From Nostoc sp. (GTDB lineage Bacteria; Cyanobacteriota; Cyanobacteriia; Cyanobacteriales; Nostocaceae), in contig NZ_JBALCY010000076.1 of the NCBI RefSeq assembly GCF_036917655.1, positions 105,464 through 169,463 on the forward strand: a stretch of DNA of 64,000 bases, given 5' to 3'. The notes under the pieces are model-generated. The model saw nothing but the letters and a program-made list of their open reading frames with translations. It searched no databases and was not told the origin of the DNA. This document shows positions 58,946 to 64,000 of this stretch, one piece after another; the stretch's first letter is position 1; every line of letters begins with the position of its first letter. A program made the translations under genes and the position numbers.

Positions 58946-60919
58946 ATGTCTCAACCAACTATAGAATCAATCCTACAAGAGAACCGCCTCTTTCATCCTC
59001 CTAGTGAATTTTCACAGAACGCCCATATCAAAAGCCTGGATGACTATCAGCGTCTCTATGATCAAGCCAAAGCTGATCCGCAACAATTTTGGGCAGACTT
59101 GGCGACAACAGAATTAGAATGGTTCCAAAAATGGGATACAGTATTAGACTGGCAACCGCCTTTTGCTAAGTGGTTCGTTGGCGGTAAGATTAATATTTCT
59201 TACAACTGCCTTGACAGACATCTCACTACCTGGCGCAAAAATAAAGCAGCATTGATTTGGGAAGGAGAACCAGGTGATTCGCGTACCCTCACCTATGCCC
59301 AATTGCACCGAGAAGTTTGCCAGTTCGCTAATGTGTTGAAGCAACTGGGTGTACAAAAAGGCGATCGCGTTGGTATTTATCTGCCGATGATTCCCGAAGC
59401 AGCGATCGCGATGTTAGCTTGTGCGAGAATTGGCGCACCCCATAGTGTGGTATTTGGTGGTTTTAGTGCCGAAGCTTTGCGCGATCGCTTGATTGATGTT
59501 AAAGCTAAACTGGTAATTACCGCTGATGGTGGTTGGCGCAAAGATGCGATCGTTCCTCTCAAGGAACAGGTAGACAAAGCCTTAGCTGATGGTGCTGTTC
59601 CCAGTATAGAAAATGTCCTGGTTGTCAAGCGCACCGGACAGGAAACTTATATGCAGTTGGGCGGACGCGATCATTGGTGGCATGATTTGCAAAAAGGAGT
59701 ATCAGCAGATTGTCCCGCCGAACCAATGGACAGTGAAGATATGCTGTTTGTCCTCTACACTTCAGGTAGCACAGGTAAACCGAAGGGCGTAGTGCATACA
59801 ACTGCGGGTTATAATTTGTATACCCACATGACTACCAAGTGGATATTCGACCTGCAAGACACAGATGTGTATTGGTGTACCGCAGATGTAGGTTGGATTA
59901 CGGGACACAGCTATATTGTCTACGGCCCCCTTTCCAACGGTGCAACGACGCTGATGTATGAAGGTGCGCCCCGTACTTCTAATCCTGGCTGTTTCTGGGA
60001 TGTAATTGAAAAATACGGCGTTAATATTTTTTATACTGCACCTACGGCAATTCGGGCATTTATTAAGATGGGAGAACAACATCCTAAGGCGCGAAACCTG
60101 TCTTCGTTGCGTTTGCTGGGAACCGTGGGCGAACCGATTAACCCAGAAGCTTGGATGTGGTATCACAAAGTAATTGGTGGCGAACGTTGTCCAATTGTTG
60201 ATACCTGGTGGCAAACGGAGACAGGCGGTATTATGATTACACCGCTACCAGGAGCAATTCCTACCAAACCGGGTTCAGCAACTTTTCCCTTCCCAGGAAT
60301 TATTGCAGATGTCGTGGATTTAGAAGGAAACACCGTACCCAATAACGAAGGCGGTTATCTGGCAGTGCTACATCCGTGGCCAGGAATGATGCGAACAGTC
60401 TACGGCGATCCAGAACGCTTCCGCCGCACCTACTGGGAACATATCCCGCCCAAAGATGGTAACTATACTTACTTTGCTGGTGATGGTGCAAGACAAGATG
60501 AAGACGGCTACTTTTGGGTAATGGGTCGTGTGGATGACGTATTGAATGTATCAGGACATCGGCTTGGTACAATGGAAGTAGAATCAGCCTTAGTTTCTCA
60601 TCCAGCGGTTGCAGAAGCAGCGGTAGTGGGTAAACCGGATGAACTTAAGGGTGAAGAAGTAGTTGCTTTTGTGACTCTAGAAGGCACTTATCAGGCAAGT
60701 GAGGAACTGAGTAAAGAACTTAAGCAGCACGTTGTCAAAGAAATTGGTGCGATCGCCCGTCCGGGAGAAATTCGCTTTACGGATGCTTTACCCAAAACGC
60801 GATCGGGTAAGATTATGCGCCGATTGCTGCGGAATCTAGCTGCGGGTGAAGAGGTATCTGGGGATACTTCGACATTGGAAGATAGAAGCGTGTTGGATAA
60901 ATTACGAGAAGGCACGTAA
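58946..60919 (+). CDS. acs: Acetyl-CoA synthetase
   Basis: 657 aa. AMP-binding motif [20 protein letters not shown], and C-terminal [12 protein letters not shown]. Confidence 0.95.
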   Translation: MSQPTIESILQENRLFHPPSEFSQNAHIKSLDDYQRLYDQAKADPQQFWADLATTELEWFQKWDTVLDWQPPFAKWFVGGKINISYNCLDRHLTTWRKNKAALIWEGEPGDSRTLTYAQLHREVCQFANVLKQLGVQKGDRVGIYLPMIPEAAIAMLACARIGAPHSVVFGGFSAEALRDRLIDVKAKLVITADGGWRKDAIVPLKEQVDKALADGAVPSIENVLVVKRTGQETYMQLGGRDHWWHDLQKGVSADCPAEPMDSEDMLFVLYTSGSTGKPKGVVHTTAGYNLYTHMTTKWIFDLQDTDVYWCTADVGWITGHSYIVYGPLSNGATTLMYEGAPRTSNPGCFWDVIEKYGVNIFYTAPTAIRAFIKMGEQHPKARNLSSLRLLGTVGEPINPEAWMWYHKVIGGERCPIVDTWWQTETGGIMITPLPGAIPTKPGSATFPFPGIIADVVDLEGNTVPNNEGGYLAVLHPWPGMMRTVYGDPERFRRTYWEHIPPKDGNYTYFAGDGARQDEDGYFWVMGRVDDVLNVSGHRLGTMEVESALVSHPAVAEAAVVGKPDELKGEEVVAFVTLEGTYQASEELSKELKQHVVKEIGAIARPGEIRFTDALPKTRSGKIMRRLLRNLAAGEEVSGDTSTLEDRSVLDKLREGT

Positions 60920-60943
60920 ATAATTCCAAATGAGCCTAGTAGG

Positions 60944-60965
60944 GGCGCATATATATGCGCCTTTA
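60944..60965 (+). terminator. Possible terminator hairpin after acs
   Basis: The palindrome ggcgcatatatatgcgcc is followed by only a weak T tract (ttta). Confidence 0.4.
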
Positions 60966-61046
60966 CCGTCTGTCTTGTAATTTCTTACGCGCTAACGCAC
61001 CTCAATTTATCATAAAGATTAGAACATTATTGAGGCATTCAGGGCG

Positions 61047-61727
61047 ATGAAGTTGAAGCACAAACCTAAATCAGCATTTGTTCAATCTTTTAGCGGCATG
61101 ACGCTGAGTATCATCACTGTAATGGGGATATCACCATTAGTGTTAGCGGTTCCTGCAAAACTTTCTTTGGATTCGTCTGAACAGTATGCACAGAGACAAC
61201 CACAAAAACTAGCACAGTCTTCAGATACAGGGACACCAGAGCGATCGCAGATGATGCAACAAGCCAATGCTTTATTTAATCAGGGAGACTTAACAGGTGC
61301 AGAGGAAAATTTACGCAAGTTAATTAAAAAATTCCCAGACGATGCCTTTGGACGCTTTCAACTGGGAAATGTGCTTTTTCGGCAAAAGAAATCAGAAGAA
61401 GCAATTAGCTCTTATCGAGAAGCCATTCGCATCCAGCCAAAATATGCTCTAGCCTACAATGCGATCGGTATTGTTTATGCTAGCCAAAGTCGCTGGGAAG
61501 AAGCCATTACTGAATATAAAAAAGCTCTAGAAATTAATCCTAATTATGGCGAGGGGCTAACTAATTTTGCACTGGCATTGTGGCAAACAAATAAAAAAGA
61601 TGAGGCACTATCTTCTCTACAAAAAGCTTTAAATATTTTTAAAGCACAGAATAGAGGTGAAAAAGTTAACCAAGTCGAACGAATCTTGAAAGAGATTAAA
61701 ACTGGTGATGAGCCTAGTGTTTCATGA
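61047..61727 (+). CDS. Secreted TPR-repeat protein
   Basis: Signal-like N-terminus and repeated TPR motifs (AISSYREAIRIQPKYALAYNAIGIVY, AITEYKKALEINPNY). Confidence 0.85.
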   Translation: MKLKHKPKSAFVQSFSGMTLSIITVMGISPLVLAVPAKLSLDSSEQYAQRQPQKLAQSSDTGTPERSQMMQQANALFNQGDLTGAEENLRKLIKKFPDDAFGRFQLGNVLFRQKKSEEAISSYREAIRIQPKYALAYNAIGIVYASQSRWEEAITEYKKALEINPNYGEGLTNFALALWQTNKKDEALSSLQKALNIFKAQNRGEKVNQVERILKEIKTGDEPSVS

Positions 61728-61994
61728 AAATCATATTATTCAGTGCGTAAAAGTTAAGAAGAGTTGCTGACGATTAGCTTTAAGGATGTTTAGATAACTC
61801 CACAATTGAATCGGCTCCTGTATTATATCAAGTCCGGTTAATCACTTATGATTACCGGATCTGTGCAAAAATCCCAAAAGCCTCTTTTCCCCCCCTGCGG
61901 TCTAAATGATAAGTCATTGACCGGACATGATATTACCCGCGATCGCATCCAACAAATCCATACAGGCATCGCTACATGATTCAAAACAGTTGTG

Positions 61995-62342
61995 ATATCA
62001 TGTCCGCATAATTCGTTGTGATTCCCATAGTCATTGCACCCCACACGCCAGATGCTCCACTTGGGGAGACCCCAGACGCTCTCTACGAGACGCTGCGCGA
62101 ACGCGGACTCGCTACCGCTTCGCTATCGCTTTTAGCGTCTCCCCTTCTCACATTGGGAGAGGCTAGCGCCCGCCGTAGGATGCCCGTTCGCAAGAGCGTC
62201 TCCTTTAGGAGAAGGGCTGTAGGGAGAAGACCGCACTGGCTCCCCTTAATCCCCTCCCCGCTCTTCGGGAGGGGAGACAAAGCATAGCTTTGGCTCTTTG
62301 GGGAACTCCTGAGTTTAATAAGCAATCAAGCGGACATGATAT
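61995..62342. mobile_element. MITE-like element, family C, copy 2, carrying a ~200-bp nested insertion of another dispersed repeat
   Basis: It has the same termini (atatcatgtccgc ... gcggacatgatat) and the same right-hand core as 49070..49210. The interior at 62030..62250 has ctacgagacgctgcgcgaacgc-type repeat sequence similar to 7530..7590. A solo terminus (ccggacatgatatt) lies at about 61921..61934. Confidence 0.65.
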
Positions 62343-62497
62343 GAAGTATTTGTCTAAAATCCTGGAATTGCACAAGGAAATTGATTATGATTAAATTTAG
62401 GCATAGCCATCAGTATCTTCTTCAAGACAATTTGTAGTTAATATTACTATGTGTTGGAGAAGATATTGATGGCTATCCTTTTTTCTGCCCGTGCTAA

Positions 62498-64000
62498 TCA
62501 CCGATGGTTCGAGACTGTGAATGCGTAAAACTTATTATTAGACTTAAACCCGCCTGGGATGCGGCTGTAGCCAGAACCCCAGTACACTGTACCATCAACC
62601 ACTGCTGCACCTGCAACTACTGATCCCCCACTGTTAAAATTCCACAGAATGTTACCAGTCTTTGCATCTAATGCATACATATTATTCTTATCGGCTCCAA
62701 ATGCCATCGAGCCACCATACACCACTCCATTCGCTACTGTGATTGGAGCCATATCCCTTTCACCTGTTGGATCTGCTGTCTGCCAGATAATTTTGCCAGT
62801 CGCTGCATCAAGCGCACTCCATGACCCACCCTTAATAGTCTTACGTGATGGCTCTAATGTGTACTGCTCAAATCCGTAGTTTGAAATCGCAACATAAATT
62901 TGTTGACAATCCGTAGCTGAACCCCACATTATTCCACCAATAGGACCACCAGGACCAACAATTCGGCTCCAGACAACTTTTCCAGTATCCCGGTCAAGCG
63001 CCCAAAAGGCACCACTCTTCTGACCAGCACCAAGTAGATCGCGCGATTTTCCAGCATTTTTAACAGTGAAAAGCATCGGTGCCTGACCGAAATCATAATC
63101 TGGTCCTTTGGGGTCAGGGCAATTGGAGATAACGCCATAGTAGCAGGCAACAGTCCAGGTATCGTATCCCTGTAGTTTATTTGCCCACTTAATCTTGCCA
63201 GTATCGAGATCAAGTGCCATGATCGCGTCAATATAATTATTGGAATCGAGGCATTGCGACTCATCAGGAACTGTCTGTGAAGAGAGTTTTGCAATACAAT
63301 CTCTTACCTTTTGAGGCACATTGTAGTTATTGCCTGTTGCAATATATACCGAATTTCGCTTCGGATCGATTGCTGGTGTGCTACCCCATACTGCTCCACC
63401 TGAGTAGCCATCCGATTGACCATAATTTTCCGGTACGATGTAAGTTTTCCACAGAAGCTTTCCAGTATTCAAATCTACCGCCGTCATGCTTCCACGGAAT
63501 GTGCAGCATGGGTATTTCGGATTGTTAGCCACTGTTTCCTCAGAAGAGGCAACTCCAACATACACACGATTGCCATAAATGGTCGGTGACTGAGTAATAA
63601 TAGCATACGGGTGTTTGTCAAGTTTTGTTTTCCAGATTAGCTTCCCAGTATCTTTGTTAACTGCTATCAGGAAAGCACCTTCCTGGCTACCAATAATCAC
63701 TTTATTCCCTTTAAGTGCTGGACTTGTGCGCGAGACAGCTTTTGGGATACTTGGATCATTAATATAGCTGGCAATGCTATTTGCCCAAATCTGTGTACCC
63801 GTCTGTGCATCAATCTTAAAAAAATTACCGCCCCAGTCAGGCATATATACAGTTTTATCTACAACTGCTGGCGTAGCAGAGAGTTCACCTCCGGCACTGA
63901 AAATCCATTTGGGAGACAAGTTTGTTACATTCTTTGGACTGAGGTATCTCTCACCTGCTTGATAGCGAGTATTGTTTAGGTTCTGACCACCTAACCTCCA
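62498..64000 (-). CDS. PQQ-like beta-propeller repeat protein (quinoprotein-dehydrogenase-like), with its 5' end outside the window
   Basis: Repeated ...G.(L/I)(L/I)W... propeller blades (TGKLIWKT, TGKLLWKT, TGKIKWAN, TGKVVWSR, TGKIIWQT, TGNILWNF). The frame stays open upstream of the TTG at 63919 up to the window edge (WRLGGQNLNNTRYQAGERYLSPKNVTNL). Confidence 0.8.
   Translation of the reverse strand, partial: WRLGGQNLNNTRYQAGERYLSPKNVTNLSPKWIFSAGGELSATPAVVDKTVYMPDWGGNFFKIDAQTGTQIWANSIASYINDPSIPKAVSRTSPALKGNKVIIGSQEGAFLIAVNKDTGKLIWKTKLDKHPYAIITQSPTIYGNRVYVGVASSEETVANNPKYPCCTFRGSMTAVDLNTGKLLWKTYIVPENYGQSDGYSGGAVWGSTPAIDPKRNSVYIATGNNYNVPQKVRDCIAKLSSQTVPDESQCLDSNNYIDAIMALDLDTGKIKWANKLQGYDTWTVACYYGVISNCPDPKGPDYDFGQAPMLFTVKNAGKSRDLLGAGQKSGAFWALDRDTGKVVWSRIVGPGGPIGGIMWGSATDCQQIYVAISNYGFEQYTLEPSRKTIKGGSWSALDAATGKIIWQTADPTGERDMAPITVANGVVYGGSMAFGADKNNMYALDAKTGNILWNFNSGGSVVAGAAVVDGTVYWGSGYSRIPGGFKSNNKFYAFTVSNHR

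Overview
This window looks like chromosomal DNA from a filamentous, Nostoc/Anabaena-type cyanobacterium. The evidence is very frequent GCGATCGC (HIP1) octamers, many heptamer tandem-repeat (STRR-like) arrays, several small MITE-like inverted-repeat elements, and cyanobacterial gene content. Most genes are ordinary housekeeping genes: cofH, msrA, mobA, clpP, rnr, ubiX, aroK, argB, azoR, pdxH, scpA, speA, ndk and acs. There is also a PepSY/two-component module, a CbtB-type metal cluster, and a multicopper-oxidase/ferritin-like/FTR1 iron cluster. No tRNA, rRNA or CRISPR array was recognised. The most interesting region is an all-minus-strand accessory island at about 50.2-58.7 kb, between terC and acs. 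It holds a ParDE toxin-antitoxin pair. It also holds a Zorya-like operon with four parts: a small unknown ORF, an 801-aa MotA/ExbB-like protein with a long repetitive helical tail, a MotB/OmpA-like gene interrupted by one frameshift, and a 469-aa possibly EH-signature-like protein. No ZorD- or ZorE-type effector is recognisable. Upstream of it, and separated from it by a terminator, is a four-gene cassette with two unknown proteins and two PD-(D/E)xK-type nuclease-fold proteins. Other notable structures are a vapBC cassette bracketed by ~110-bp direct repeats that duplicate the argB 5' end, a ~95-bp inverted repeat pair bracketing the pdxH/AI-2E-transporter gene pair, a triplicated C-terminal protein module split by a MITE, and two visibly GC-rich single-gene islands (a CPT-family phosphotransferase and an NmrA-family protein). 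All functional calls come from motif recognition by eye. No database search was run.
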